From assembly GCA_963804955.1 (NCBI GenBank), contig CAWDSQ010000014.1:211672-275671 (forward strand): a DNA stretch of 64,000 bases. The letters are read 5' to 3'. Shown piece by piece: positions 8,928-19,024 of the stretch; positions within the stretch are counted from its first letter, which is position 1; each line of letters begins with the position of its first letter. The DNA is from an uncultured delta proteobacterium (GTDB lineage: Bacteria; Desulfobacterota; WTBG01; CAIYCZ01; CAIRTM01). Both the position numbers and the translations under genes were made by a program. Under the pieces are notes generated by a model, which saw only the letters and a program-made list of their open reading frames with translations, had not been told where the DNA came from and ran no database searches.

Positions 8928-9788
8928 ATGGCAGATAAGTTCGCTGACGTGCGTATTGTCGATAACTTTTACCAGACATCCAGTTTTTTCCCTATGCCGG
9001 TTGTTCTTGTGAGCACTCTGGCTGAATCAGGGCAAACCAACCTGGGACCCTACTCACTGTGTTTTCCTCATTATGTCACCGGAGGAAAAGATCATGCCAT
9101 GATGCTTATTGCCCGCGGCACAAGCAATACGGCCATGAATATAATACGCACCAGGGTATGTGCCCTTAATTTTATTCCGCATACAAAGAAATTCATGAAA
9201 AACTGCGTTATGCTGGGTTATCCGGGCGAAACCACTGAGGAAAAGATGAAAAACAGTATTTTTACCCTGATGCCATCTCTCAGACAAGAACAACAAAAAC
9301 CCGGGCACTGGCCTGATATTGTTAAGGAAGCTGTTCAAATCTTTGAATGCACCTGGGATGACAGCTATCCTTTAAAGCCGCGCGAGGATTTAGTAGAATC
9401 CCATTTCCTGCTTCGTATTGATAAAATTGTCATGAAGGAGAAATGGAAAGATTGCCTGCTTAAAGGTAAAGGTTTCCCCCGTTTGCCGATTGATTATGGA
9501 TACCGGGATAATGTTCGATTTTGGTTTGCTCGACAATCGAGGCCGTATGCGGTTCCCATTCCAAAAGAAAAAGGCAACAAAATTGAAACGGTGAAGTATG
9601 CCTGTGTCCGGTTTGACCCGAATATCGCCTGGCAGGATGAAGCCTGCGCAAAAATAGTGAAAGTGCCGAGCATATTTTTAAATAAAGTTATCAGTGGTGT
9701 TGTGAAAGCAGCAAAAGAGCAAGGGGTTACGGTTATTACCCCCGAGTTTATGGACAAAATTCGAGATAAGCGCTCAAATCAAAAATAG
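8928..9788 (+). CDS. Flavin reductase-like (split barrel) protein with C-terminal PCP_red domain
   Basis: PMPVVLVST..NLGPYS..NTAMNI..LNF; C-terminus IAWQDEACAKIVKVPSIFLNKV..AAKEQGVTVITPEFM resembles the BchB/ChlB C-terminal domain. Confidence 0.75.
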   Translation: MADKFADVRIVDNFYQTSSFFPMPVVLVSTLAESGQTNLGPYSLCFPHYVTGGKDHAMMLIARGTSNTAMNIIRTRVCALNFIPHTKKFMKNCVMLGYPGETTEEKMKNSIFTLMPSLRQEQQKPGHWPDIVKEAVQIFECTWDDSYPLKPREDLVESHFLLRIDKIVMKEKWKDCLLKGKGFPRLPIDYGYRDNVRFWFARQSRPYAVPIPKEKGNKIETVKYACVRFDPNIAWQDEACAKIVKVPSIFLNKVISGVVKAAKEQGVTVITPEFMDKIRDKRSNQK

Positions 9789-10028
9789 TGCAGTCCGCTC
9801 ACCTGCAGGAGACAGTAATAAAGATTTTTTGAAAAAATTCAGCAAACAAACGGGTGTGGAGTCGACAGGTTGTCTTAAATGCCGTAATTAAAAACTAGAC
9901 CTTTTAATTTGTTCCAGATGAGGATTTCCCCTTCGATAAGTGATATGTGTTGGCAGATAGAAAGTTTTGACTAATGTAATCTATTTAGCAGCGATTCCAT
10001 GACATGAATTTCAACATGAAGGAGTTTT

Positions 10029-11447
10029 ATGGAAGTCCAGAGTGAAATTAAAAAAGATGTAAAAAAGTTTGCAGGCATAGAAATTCCGCCGGATCTAACC
10101 AGGTCGAATTTTTTCTTTCTGTATGTAAACACCGTTCTCATGGGTTTGTTAATGGCTGTTTCTGCCATCATCCAGCCGGCATTTTTAAGTGATATTGTTA
10201 AAATTAAACAGGATTTCGCCGGCTCCATAAATGGACTGCTGCAGAATATGAGCCAGATTGCCACCTTTGCGTTTGTGGCCATCATCGGGGTTTTGTCAGA
10301 TAAACTGGGGCGAAAAATACTGGCATTTTCGGGATTCATAGTTGTTGCATTTTTTACCTTTCTCATGAGCCAGTCCAATAGCATTGCTTCGTTTCTGAAT
10401 ATTCCTGCCGAATTTTCCTCCCAGATATGCGCACTGCTCAGCTTTTTCCCGGGCAGGGCTGCTGAATTCACTGATTTCGCTCCCGGGTTGCTCTGCACCT
10501 ATATCACCCGTTTTGTAATCGGCATCGGTCTTGTCCTTGCCTATCCTCAGTTTATTACCATGGTGGCTGACTATACCTATGAGAAGGACCGCGGCAAAGG
10601 CATGGCAATGAACGGAGCCAGTATGGGCATTGCAGCGCTGCTGGTCTTTGTAATTCTCGCTCCAATCCAGAAAAAGGCTGGGGTTCTAAATCTCATGTAT
10701 ATTATTTCAGGAGTTGCAATTGCAGGTGCAATTTGCACGGGGGTATTTCTGAGAGATAGGATACAGGAATCAAAGCTAAAAAAAATCGGGTTTTTTAATA
10801 TAATTCCGATGGTACGAAAAAGCCTGCCGATTAAAACAAGTTATCTGTGTGCGCTGGTGACCAGGGCTGATATTATGGTTCTCACCGCATTTTTAGTGAC
10901 TTGGGCTGTTAAATATGGCCAGCAGGTCAAAATGGCTTCAAACGACGCAACTATGAAATCAGCTATTCCAATGATAATCATGGGTGTTTTTTCATTGATT
11001 GCTTTTCCAATAGTCGGCATCATGATTGACAAATGGGGCAGAATACAGATAATCATACTTGCTCTTTTTAGCAGCGCATTTGGGATGACTCTTCTCGCTT
11101 TGTCTCCTAATCCATTCAGTAGTGTCGTGTATTTTGCGGTCATATTTATTGCAATTGGCATGGCTGGATCTATAGCAGGAGCCAATGCTTTGGCAGCAGA
11201 TAATTCCCCCCCGGGTATGGTGGGATCAATTCTGGGAGGTCTTAATACCATGCAGCCAGTTGGAGTATTGTTTTTCCTTGGGCTTGGCGGATATTTATTT
11301 GACGTGTTTGGACCTGGATGGGCTTTTGGGCTGAAAGGTGCTGCAAGCTTGATGCTTGGCATATGGGTATTTGCTGTAAGGGGCAACCTTATGGGGGAGC
11401 TGCGGCAGGCACCCGGCCATTACCCCCCCCCCCCCCCGAGCAAATAG
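10029..11447 (+). CDS. MFS transporter
   Basis: About 12 TM helices; GVLSDKLGRK and GIMIDKWGR motif A repeats; 3' end runs into a poly-C tract. Confidence 0.9.
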   Translation: MEVQSEIKKDVKKFAGIEIPPDLTRSNFFFLYVNTVLMGLLMAVSAIIQPAFLSDIVKIKQDFAGSINGLLQNMSQIATFAFVAIIGVLSDKLGRKILAFSGFIVVAFFTFLMSQSNSIASFLNIPAEFSSQICALLSFFPGRAAEFTDFAPGLLCTYITRFVIGIGLVLAYPQFITMVADYTYEKDRGKGMAMNGASMGIAALLVFVILAPIQKKAGVLNLMYIISGVAIAGAICTGVFLRDRIQESKLKKIGFFNIIPMVRKSLPIKTSYLCALVTRADIMVLTAFLVTWAVKYGQQVKMASNDATMKSAIPMIIMGVFSLIAFPIVGIMIDKWGRIQIIILALFSSAFGMTLLALSPNPFSSVVYFAVIFIAIGMAGSIAGANALAADNSPPGMVGSILGGLNTMQPVGVLFFLGLGGYLFDVFGPGWAFGLKGAASLMLGIWVFAVRGNLMGELRQAPGHYPPPPPSK

Positions 11448-11565
11448 TGGCAACTGACAAAGGAATGTTATGAAGCCGTCTCAAATCGCTACAGATACGG
11501 CGATGCCCCAATTTTCTGGTTCGGCGAATATCAATAATGATATTTTCATCATAATTAGTGAGCAT
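11443..11565 (-). mobile_element. IS481-family transposase remnant
   Basis: Translates IIDIRRTRKLGHRRICSDLRRLHNIPLSVATI, like the IS481 HTH segment. Confidence 0.55.
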
Positions 11566-12070
11566 GAACAACCCCTTTTTATCAAAGCGTAAATGCGTGA
11601 CTGTCAATAAATTAGAAGCCCCACAGCTCTCTGGAGATACCTGGTGGTATATAAAAAGCAAAAAGTCTGACTCCTTGCGGAATAATATATAACTACCCAG
11701 CGCGCGGACTCGAACCACGGATACTGGGAGCTTACTATAAAGCTTTGATTGCTTTATGTCAGAAATTTTGTAATTTTTTTGAGGAGAGTGACAGGTGTGT
11801 GACACGGCTGGGATAGCCGTATAAGGGGTAAGGGAACCGGCTAATTTTGTGAAGAATCATACAGGCCTAACTACTAGATAGAGTGTTTGGGCCTTTTCTC
11901 TAAAAAGTCAACATTACGTGATAGAATGTGGATATGCGAGACATGCCATGTCTCTGTCATTTAAGGGGTGAAGTCGGAACACAAGACCTCATACTGACCT
12001 GCGCCCCCTAACGAAAAAGCCTGCAAAAATACGCCCCTCCATTCAAAATAAAGGCGGTCGGGGCGGCATA

Positions 12071-12415
12071 TCACATCGGGTTTTCATAAAAAACGTAGGT
12101 CGAAAAATCGCTGATCTCAAAATAAGTCTTTTTCTCACCCGGGTCCACCTGGTAGTTCAAATTCGCATCGATATGTCCGTAACCATAGCGGTATGAGCGT
12201 GCTTCAGGCTCGCCGGTACCGAGGGCCGTTGACATCTTATCGATTTTGATGAACCGCTTCACAAGCTTGTCGCCGGCATACACATCAACAACGCCGTTGG
12301 TGCCGGTCCAGTTTTGAATGCTGCGGCCCAGGCGGTTCTGCGACTCCTGCGTGCAGGCGGCACAGCAGACGACCAGGGCGCAGATTTCAACTGATAATAA
12401 AATTTTTTGCTTCAT
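12071..12415 (-). CDS. Hypothetical lipoprotein
   Basis: MKQK..CAAC lipobox-like signal, 114 aa, GGGAG RBS. Confidence 0.7.
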   Translation of the reverse strand: MKQKILLSVEICALVVCCAACTQESQNRLGRSIQNWTGTNGVVDVYAGDKLVKRFIKIDKMSTALGTGEPEARSYRYGYGHIDANLNYQVDPGEKKTYFEISDFSTYVFYENPM

Positions 12416-12497
12416 GATGGTGCTCCCTTTATAAAGTTTTCCCACAAACAAGAGAACAATATTAATAATTAAAACATTTCTATTCCCTCCCCCTTTG

Positions 12498-12638
12498 GAG
12501 ACTGTGTCGCAATTAACTTTGCTGTCATCTCGACCGAAGGGAGAGATCTTTGTAGTAAGTAAAATCAAGGGCTTAAGATTTCTCACCGCCTGCGGCGGAT
12601 TCGAAATGACATTAATAAATCAATTGCGACACAGGCTC
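12498..12638. mobile_element. MITE-like element, 17-bp TIRs, 3-bp TTG target duplication
   Basis: GAGACTGTGTCGCAATT (12498-12514) and AATTGCGACACAGGCTC (12622-12638) are 16/17 inverted; TTG on both flanks. Confidence 0.8.
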
Positions 12639-12687
12639 TTGCTAAAGGGGGAATTTTTCTCGCACCCTTTTTAGCAGAACGTTGTAC

Positions 12688-13732
12688 TTAATCGATTTGC
12701 GGCAGCGGCGTGTCCTTGGTCGGCACCGGCAGAATCGGGTACTCGACCTTTGGCTGCACGCCCGTGGTTGTTTTCAAAAAATCAGCAATTTTTTCAATCT
12801 CGTCCTTCGACAGCTTGATGCCGAGCTGAGCCGAACCCATGATACCGGTAGCCTCCTTCAGGCACCAGACTTTCCCTGAATGGAAATAGGGGGTCGTTAG
12901 CTCTATATTGCGAAGAGAAGGAGATTTGAACACATACTGATCCGACTGCGAGCCCGTGAGCTTGAAGCGGCCCGTATCGCCTGCGGTAATTTCCGTTTGT
13001 GGGTTTTTCCACAACACCGAAGGGGAAATAGCCCGTGCCGCCCATATTGATCCCGCCATGGCAGGACGCGCAGCCCTTGTTCATGAACAGCTGCAAGCCG
13101 TCTTTGTCGCGGGCCGTCAGGGCCTTTTCATCGCCCTTCAGATACTTGTCAAAGGGGGAATCGGGTGTGAGCAGCGTCGCCTCGAACGCCTCTATGGCCT
13201 TGGCCATGGTGTCAAACGTCAAGGGGGTTTTCTCGGCGCTGAAGGCTTTCTTGAAGGCAGCTACATACTCGGGCATGCTTTCAAGGGTCTTGACCACCTG
13301 CTCGGGGGTATTGCTCATCTCGACCGATGCCTGCACCGGCCCTTTGGCCTGCTGCATCAGGTCGGTGGCGCGGCCGTCCCAGAACTGGGCGATATTAAAC
13401 ACCGAGTTGAGCACGGTCGGAGAATTGCGGCCGCCCTTCTGCCACTTGTGCCCTATCGAGGTTTCCTGAAAATCGGCGCCGCCAAGGCCCAGATTATGGC
13501 AGGTATTGCAGCTGATAAGGCCGCTGCGGGAAAGCCGGGGGTCGAAGTACAGCATGGCGCCCAGGGCGATCTTCTCCGGCGTCACGGGATTGTGGCCGAT
13601 TGCCGGGGGAGTTGCGGGGATCGGTTTAAACAGGGCCTGCGCCTGCTGCATGACCGGATCGGCCGTTGCGGCAAAGGATGCAGAGACCCCTAAAAAAATA
13701 ATAGCAATGACAACAGTGACGACTTTTTTCAT
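12688..13732 (-). CDS. ccpA: Di-heme cytochrome c peroxidase (frameshift near 13000)
   Basis: Signal peptide, CNTCH and CASCH heme motifs, QFWDGRA; C-terminal FKSPSLRNIELTTPYFHSG lies in a second frame. Confidence 0.9.
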
Positions 13733-13791
13733 GGCATGACTCCTTTTAACGTTATGATTGCGTAATATTTGAACATCTGCCGCATATCTTG

Positions 13792-14748
13792 TCAAACAAA
13801 AATCAGGTCAAGCTGAGCAGCAGTCTCTATGGTAAGACCGCTGCCGGGAGCAGGCAAATCTTCGTAGAGTTCCCCGTCTGCCTGAAAGCAGGTCGTTCCT
13901 GAACAGTGTATTGTAAGGCTGCGTGCCTGAAACTGCATAAGCGATGGCAGAAGCCGCGGCAGCGGCAGCTTTACAAACCGGGTCATATGCAGCATGAACC
14001 ACTGCGGCAGCGTTGCAGCGATCGTAACCTCGAAAAGGCCGTCGTCAATGCGGCAGTGATCCGAAGGCCTGGCGCCTGCGGCATAGCTCGGTATGCTCGT
14101 CACCAACACCTGCCGCGCCCCCTGCCCTATCTGCAGCGTACGGGGCTGCTTGTCCGTATCGGCATACCGAAGTTCCAGGGCAAAGGGCATATGATACAGC
14201 AGATTCCGGCCTGCAAACCAGGCATAGGCAACTCTGCCGCCAAATACTGCGGCGGCTGCACGCATGAACGGCGAATGCCGCAGGCGGTTGTAATCATTTG
14301 AAATTTTCGCATCGAGGCCGATGCCGCAGTAGTTGGTGAAGAAAAGTTCGCCGTTGACGCTGAATATATCAAGCCGTCGCGTGCTTTCGGCAAGAAGGGC
14401 CTTCACAAGCGGCCTTAGACCATTTTGTTTATAGAGCCGATAGGAGCCTGATACGCGGGCAAGATCATTCCCGGTACCGATGGGGATGATGCCCAGGCGG
14501 GGCTTTTTCTCACGGCGCGCAAGCTCCTGCACAATACGGGCTGCGGTGCCGTCGCCGCCTGCGGCAATAATGCTGTCATAGGAGGCAAAATCGCCCTGGA
14601 AAATCGACGGCCCGCCGTCCTGAGTAAAAGCTGTGTCGCAGGCAGTCTGTGCTCCCAGATCGTGCAGTATAAATTCAAGGCTTTCCTTGAGGCTAGCGCC
14701 TGCGCGGCCACCGGATACGGGATTGATAAGAAAAAGGGTTTTTTTCAT
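13792..14748 (-). CDS. Diacylglycerol/lipid kinase family protein
   Basis: NPVSGG, AAGGDGT, GIIPIGTGNDLAR, QADGE motifs. Confidence 0.9.
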   Translation of the reverse strand: MKKTLFLINPVSGGRAGASLKESLEFILHDLGAQTACDTAFTQDGGPSIFQGDFASYDSIIAAGGDGTAARIVQELARREKKPRLGIIPIGTGNDLARVSGSYRLYKQNGLRPLVKALLAESTRRLDIFSVNGELFFTNYCGIGLDAKISNDYNRLRHSPFMRAAAAVFGGRVAYAWFAGRNLLYHMPFALELRYADTDKQPRTLQIGQGARQVLVTSIPSYAAGARPSDHCRIDDGLFEVTIAATLPQWFMLHMTRFVKLPLPRLLPSLMQFQARSLTIHCSGTTCFQADGELYEDLPAPGSGLTIETAAQLDLIFV

Positions 14749-14771
14749 ACAGGCTGATGCAACAAGGGCTG

Positions 14772-15242
14772 CTAGGCAACCGGTTTGCGGTTTTTTAAAT
14801 AAGCCGCCATTAATTCTTGAAAGGCCTGACGCACTTCAGGATCGCCGATATGGGCCGACTGGACCTGTGTTGACAGCTTTTCGTCATCGTCAAGCTCGGG
14901 CAGCGGGCTCTCTTCATCATGCTGGCGCCCCGGCGACGCAACCGGCCCCACCTTAAAACGGATATCGGTAATTTTTTGTCCGCTGAGCCCGGCATTGAGT
15001 TTTTCAAGCAGCATGTCGCGCAGAAAATGAAGCTCCTGCACCCATACCGAGCTTGTGACATTGACATGCAGTACGCCGCCGCGCACCAGCACCGGGTTTG
15101 CATTGCGTGCTATCTGGTCACCTACGGCTGCAGTCCAGAGCCGGTACAGCATGACCTGCTCCATTTTGTCCTCAATATTCAGCTCATGGGCAACGTCTCT
15201 GAGCACGCTGTCCAGCGTTGTCAGTTGAGATTTTTTTCTCAT
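14772..15242 (-). CDS. DUF721/DciA-family protein
   Basis: LW..AVG.QIA..P..GVLHV.V.SSVWVQEL motif. Confidence 0.85.
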   Translation of the reverse strand: MRKKSQLTTLDSVLRDVAHELNIEDKMEQVMLYRLWTAAVGDQIARNANPVLVRGGVLHVNVTSSVWVQELHFLRDMLLEKLNAGLSGQKITDIRFKVGPVASPGRQHDEESPLPELDDDEKLSTQVQSAHIGDPEVRQAFQELMAAYLKNRKPVA

Positions 15243-16192
15243 AAACGCAGCCCCTCCGCAAAACTCATTCCGGCTGCAAGGCGATATCCTTTTAAAAAAA
15301 CGCCTGCCGGCATGCGTTTTTTTCCCTCGAGCTGCACCTCCTGCACAAGAACCGATCCCCGGCCCGCGGCCACCTCGATGCCGCCGGACGCAGCAGCGAC
15401 GACAGTCCCTGGCCGGGTGGAGCAAGTTTTTTCCAGCGCCTCAGCGCGGTGCACTTTCAGCATTTTACCCTCAAGCCACGTGTAGCAGCCGGGCCAGGGC
15501 GTCATGCCGCGAACCTGATTGACAAGGCTTCGGGCATCTTTTTCCCAGTCTATAAGCCCGTCTTCTTTTTTCATCATGGCGGCATACGTTGCCCTGGCCT
15601 CATCCTGCGCCACTGGCTCCCATGCTCCGTCTCTCAGCTGGTCCAGTGCTTTCCCCAGAAGCTTAGCGCCCAGCACAGCAAGCCTGTCGTGCAGGGTTTG
15701 GGCCGTGTCTTCGGGCAGTATGGGCATGGGGTCCTGCAGAAGAATGGCCCCCGTATCCATGCCCGCATCAAGCTGCATGATGGTAACGCCGGTTTCCGTA
15801 TCGCCATTGATAATGGCCCACTGTATGGGTGCCGCTCCCCGGTATGCAGGCAGCAGCGATGAGTGCACATTGATAAACCCGTGCCGGGGGATATTCAGCA
15901 GCGCCTGCGGAAAAATCTGGCCGAAGGCCACCACCACGGCAAGATCAGGCTTCAACTGCCGGAATGTTTCCAGAAACTCCGGTGCGCGAACCCGTTCCGG
16001 CTGCAGCACCGGCAGATTGTGTTTGAACGCAAGCTCCTTGACAGGCGATGGCTTTACCTGCTGGCCGCGGCCCACGGGCCGGTCGGGCTGCGTTACCACA
16101 GCCGCGATCTGTTCGCCCCGGTCAATAAGCTCCTGCAGCGACGGCACGGCAAATTCAGGTGTTCCAAAAAAAACGATATGAAGGCTATTCAT
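15239..16192 (-). CDS. fmt: Methionyl-tRNA formyltransferase
   Basis: FFGTPEFA, VVTQPDRP, INVHSSLLPAYRGAAPIQ. Confidence 0.97.
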   Translation of the reverse strand: MNSLHIVFFGTPEFAVPSLQELIDRGEQIAAVVTQPDRPVGRGQQVKPSPVKELAFKHNLPVLQPERVRAPEFLETFRQLKPDLAVVVAFGQIFPQALLNIPRHGFINVHSSLLPAYRGAAPIQWAIINGDTETGVTIMQLDAGMDTGAILLQDPMPILPEDTAQTLHDRLAVLGAKLLGKALDQLRDGAWEPVAQDEARATYAAMMKKEDGLIDWEKDARSLVNQVRGMTPWPGCYTWLEGKMLKVHRAEALEKTCSTRPGTVVAAASGGIEVAAGRGSVLVQEVQLEGKKRMPAGVFLKGYRLAAGMSFAEGLRL

Positions 16193-16355
16193 TGAATCCT
16201 CATGGTGTAAAAAAATACGCGTCTCGTGTGTGATATACTGCAAGGCAGTGCCCTGTCAACAGCAATCATTTTTGATAACAATTAAAACACACTGTCGATT
16301 TGAATTCCCTTTAATTTATGCTATATAAATTTCGATACGCTATTTTTTGAAATAT

Positions 16356-16889
16356 ATGGACTACAGAGTAAACCATTCAGTTATCGAGCTTTTTCAAGGC
16401 GACATCACCAGGCTGCAGGTGGATGCCATTGTCAATGCGGCAAATTCCCGCCTGGCCGGCGGCGGCGGGGTCGACGGCGCCATTCACCGCGCAGGAGGGC
16501 CTGCCATTATGGCTGCATGCCGCAAAATCGGCGGCTGCCCCACGGGTGATGCGGTCATCACCACAGGGGGCGATCTTGCAGCAAAATATGTCATCCATAC
16601 TGTCGGGCCGGTCTACCGCGGCGGCAGCTCCGGAGAGCCGAAACTATTGCGGAATGCCTATGCCAACAGCCTGAATCTTGCTGAAAAAAACGGCCTGAAA
16701 TCACTGGCCTTTCCCTCAATTAGCACGGGCGTGTATGGCTACCCGATTGAGGAGGCCTCAAAAATAGCCATACGCGCCATCGTCGATCACTTAAAAGGGC
16801 AGACAATTATTAAAAAAGTGGTATTTGTGCTTTTCAGCTCCCCTGATTTAGAGGTATATACAAAGAACATGCAGCCGTTTTGTACCTAG
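16356..16889 (+). CDS. ymdB: Macro-domain O-acetyl-ADP-ribose deacetylase
   Basis: GDIT..DAIVNAAN..GGGGVDGAIH, AFPSISTGVYGYP. Confidence 0.93.
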   Translation: MDYRVNHSVIELFQGDITRLQVDAIVNAANSRLAGGGGVDGAIHRAGGPAIMAACRKIGGCPTGDAVITTGGDLAAKYVIHTVGPVYRGGSSGEPKLLRNAYANSLNLAEKNGLKSLAFPSISTGVYGYPIEEASKIAIRAIVDHLKGQTIIKKVVFVLFSSPDLEVYTKNMQPFCT

Positions 16890-17000
16890 CGCCAAAGTGC
16901 ACTGTATGGAATTTCCGCGGTAATCAGCAGCGGCGGGCTGCTGCAGGAAAATCAGCCAAAAAAATATCAGGTGTAATAAGAATTCAACAGGAGACACACA

Positions 17001-17849
17001 ATGTGGGACTACAATGAAAAAGTAAAAGAGCATTTTCTCAACCCGCGCAATGTCGGTGAGATAAAGGATGCTGATGCAGTAGGAGAGGCAGGCTCCCTTG
17101 CCTGCGGCGACCAGCTGAAACTTATGCTGAAGGTGAACGATAAAGGCATTATCACCGATGCCAAGTTCCAGACCTTCGGCTGCGGCAGCGCCATAGCCTC
17201 GGCCTCGGCGCTCACTGAGCTGATTATCGGCAAAAGCATGGACGATGTGGCAAAAATAACCAATAAGGACATCGTTGACTATCTGGGCGGGCTGCCGGTT
17301 GAAAAAATGCACTGCTCGGTCATGGGCCATGAGGCTCTGGAAGCGGCCGTGAGCAACTACTATGGCGAAAGCCCCGAAACGCTCGAGGCCAAAAAAAAGC
17401 ATGTCGTGTGCGAGTGCTTCGGCGTGACCGACCAGGAGATCATCAGCGTCGTGCGCGACAACAAACTCCTGACGGTGGAGGATGTGACCCACTATACCAA
17501 AGCGGGAGGAGGCTGCATGTCGTGCCACGATAAAATCCGGGCGCTCATCGAAAAAGTGGCCGGCGAGTCTGAAAAGGCCGCCCCGCCGAAACCGGAGGCA
17601 AAAAAGCTCACCAACCTGCAGAAGGTAAAGCTCATCGAAGAAACCTTCGAAAAAGAAATCCGGCCCATGCTGCGCGCCGACGGCGGCGACATTGAGCTGA
17701 TCGATATTGAGGGCAGCCGCGTGACCGTGTCGCTGCGGGGCATGTGCTCCTCCTGCACGAGCGCAAGCTTTACCCTTAAAAAATACATCGAGCCCAAGCT
17801 GCGCGAATTTGTCAGCGATGATATTACTGTAGAGGAGGTGAAGCCGTGA
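17001..17849 (+). CDS. nifU: Fe-S cluster scaffold NifU
   Basis: IscU domain (ACGD, FGCGSA, KMHC), BFD-like CEC..GGCMSC and Nfu GMCSSC domains. Confidence 0.95.
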   Translation: MWDYNEKVKEHFLNPRNVGEIKDADAVGEAGSLACGDQLKLMLKVNDKGIITDAKFQTFGCGSAIASASALTELIIGKSMDDVAKITNKDIVDYLGGLPVEKMHCSVMGHEALEAAVSNYYGESPETLEAKKKHVVCECFGVTDQEIISVVRDNKLLTVEDVTHYTKAGGGCMSCHDKIRALIEKVAGESEKAAPPKPEAKKLTNLQKVKLIEETFEKEIRPMLRADGGDIELIDIEGSRVTVSLRGMCSSCTSASFTLKKYIEPKLREFVSDDITVEEVKP

Positions 17850-19024
17850 GCCAGAACGTGGTCTACACAGACAACAATGCCACAACCATGGTCGCCCCGG
17901 AAGTTGTGGAGGCCATGACGCCGTTTTTCTCGCAGCTCTACGGCAATGCTTCAAGCATGCATTTTTTCGGGGGCCAGATAAAAAGGCCTGTTGATGAGGC
18001 CCGGGCGAAAGTGGCAGCGCTCATCAACGCCGACCCGGCTGAAATCATTTTTACCTCCTGCGGCACCGAAAGCGATAATTCAGCAATTCGCGGCATTCTG
18101 GCTGCGCAGCCTGAAAAGCGGCATATCATCACATCGCGGGTTGAGCACCCTGCGGTAAAAAATGTTTTTCAACACCTGGGGAAAAACGGCTACCGCGTGA
18201 GCGAAATATCGGTTGACCGGCTGGGCCGCATCGACCTGGACGAGCTGCGCGAAAAGCTCGACCATGAAACAGCGCTGGTGAGCATCATGTGGGCCAATAA
18301 CGAGACCGGCGTTATTTTCCCTGTTAAGGAAATCGCCGAGCTGGTCAAAAGCAGGGGCGCCGTCTTCCACACCGACGCGGTGCAGGCCGCCGGCAAGGTG
18401 GGTATCGATATGAAAAAGACGCCCGTTGATCTTTTGTCCATCTCCGGCCACAAGCTGCATGCGCCCAAGGGCATCGGAGTGCTGTACCTGCGCAAGGGCG
18501 TCCACTGCGTACCTTTCATGATGGGAGGGCACCAGGAAAACGGCCGCCGCGCAGGCACTGAAAATGTGCCCTATATTGTCGGCCTTGGCAGGGCATGCGA
18601 GCTCGCGCATCAGTTTATGAGCGTTGAGCAGCGGGAGGTGGCGCGCCTGCGGGATCTGCTGGAAAGCGAGCTTACGGAAAAGGCCATCGATGCAACCGTG
18701 AACGGCGATATCGAGCACCGGCTGCCCAATACGACCAATATCAGCTTCAAATATATCGAAGGCGAATCGATACTGATGCTGCTGAGCGAGGTTGGCATAG
18801 CGGCCTCATCAGGCTCGGCCTGCACCTCCGGCTCCCTTGAGCCGTCCCATGTACTGCGGGCAATGGGCATACCCTTCACCCGCGTTCACGGTTCGGTCCG
18901 CTTCAGCCTGAGCAGGTACAACACCGAGCAGGACATTCACTGCATCGTCCAGCATATGCTGCGCATTGAAAAGCGCCTGCGGGATATTTCCCCTTTCGGC
19001 AGGGACGAAATTCATGCACACTAA
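17846..19024 (+). CDS. nifS: Cysteine desulfurase NifS
   Basis: [32 protein letters not shown]. Confidence 0.96.
   Translation: MSQNVVYTDNNATTMVAPEVVEAMTPFFSQLYGNASSMHFFGGQIKRPVDEARAKVAALINADPAEIIFTSCGTESDNSAIRGILAAQPEKRHIITSRVEHPAVKNVFQHLGKNGYRVSEISVDRLGRIDLDELREKLDHETALVSIMWANNETGVIFPVKEIAELVKSRGAVFHTDAVQAAGKVGIDMKKTPVDLLSISGHKLHAPKGIGVLYLRKGVHCVPFMMGGHQENGRRAGTENVPYIVGLGRACELAHQFMSVEQREVARLRDLLESELTEKAIDATVNGDIEHRLPNTTNISFKYIEGESILMLLSEVGIAASSGSACTSGSLEPSHVLRAMGIPFTRVHGSVRFSLSRYNTEQDIHCIVQHMLRIEKRLRDISPFGRDEIHAH

Noticed and set aside
4056..9788. Photosynthesis genes (YCF48, PCP_red, bilin reductase)
   Set aside because: The YCF48-like protein is a generic BNR propeller of the import module, and no reaction-centre, bch/chl or phycobiliprotein genes are present in the window.
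11960..12012. IS-end-like sequences (TGACCTGCGCCCCC; TTAAGGGGTGAAGTC)
   Set aside because: Too short, with no paired end or associated transposase fragment.
16848..17954. 368-aa antisense ORF (also 25418-26485 and 50227-51234)
   Set aside because: Shadow ORFs opposite well-supported genes (nifU, pfk, HD protein), expected from GC-biased codon usage.
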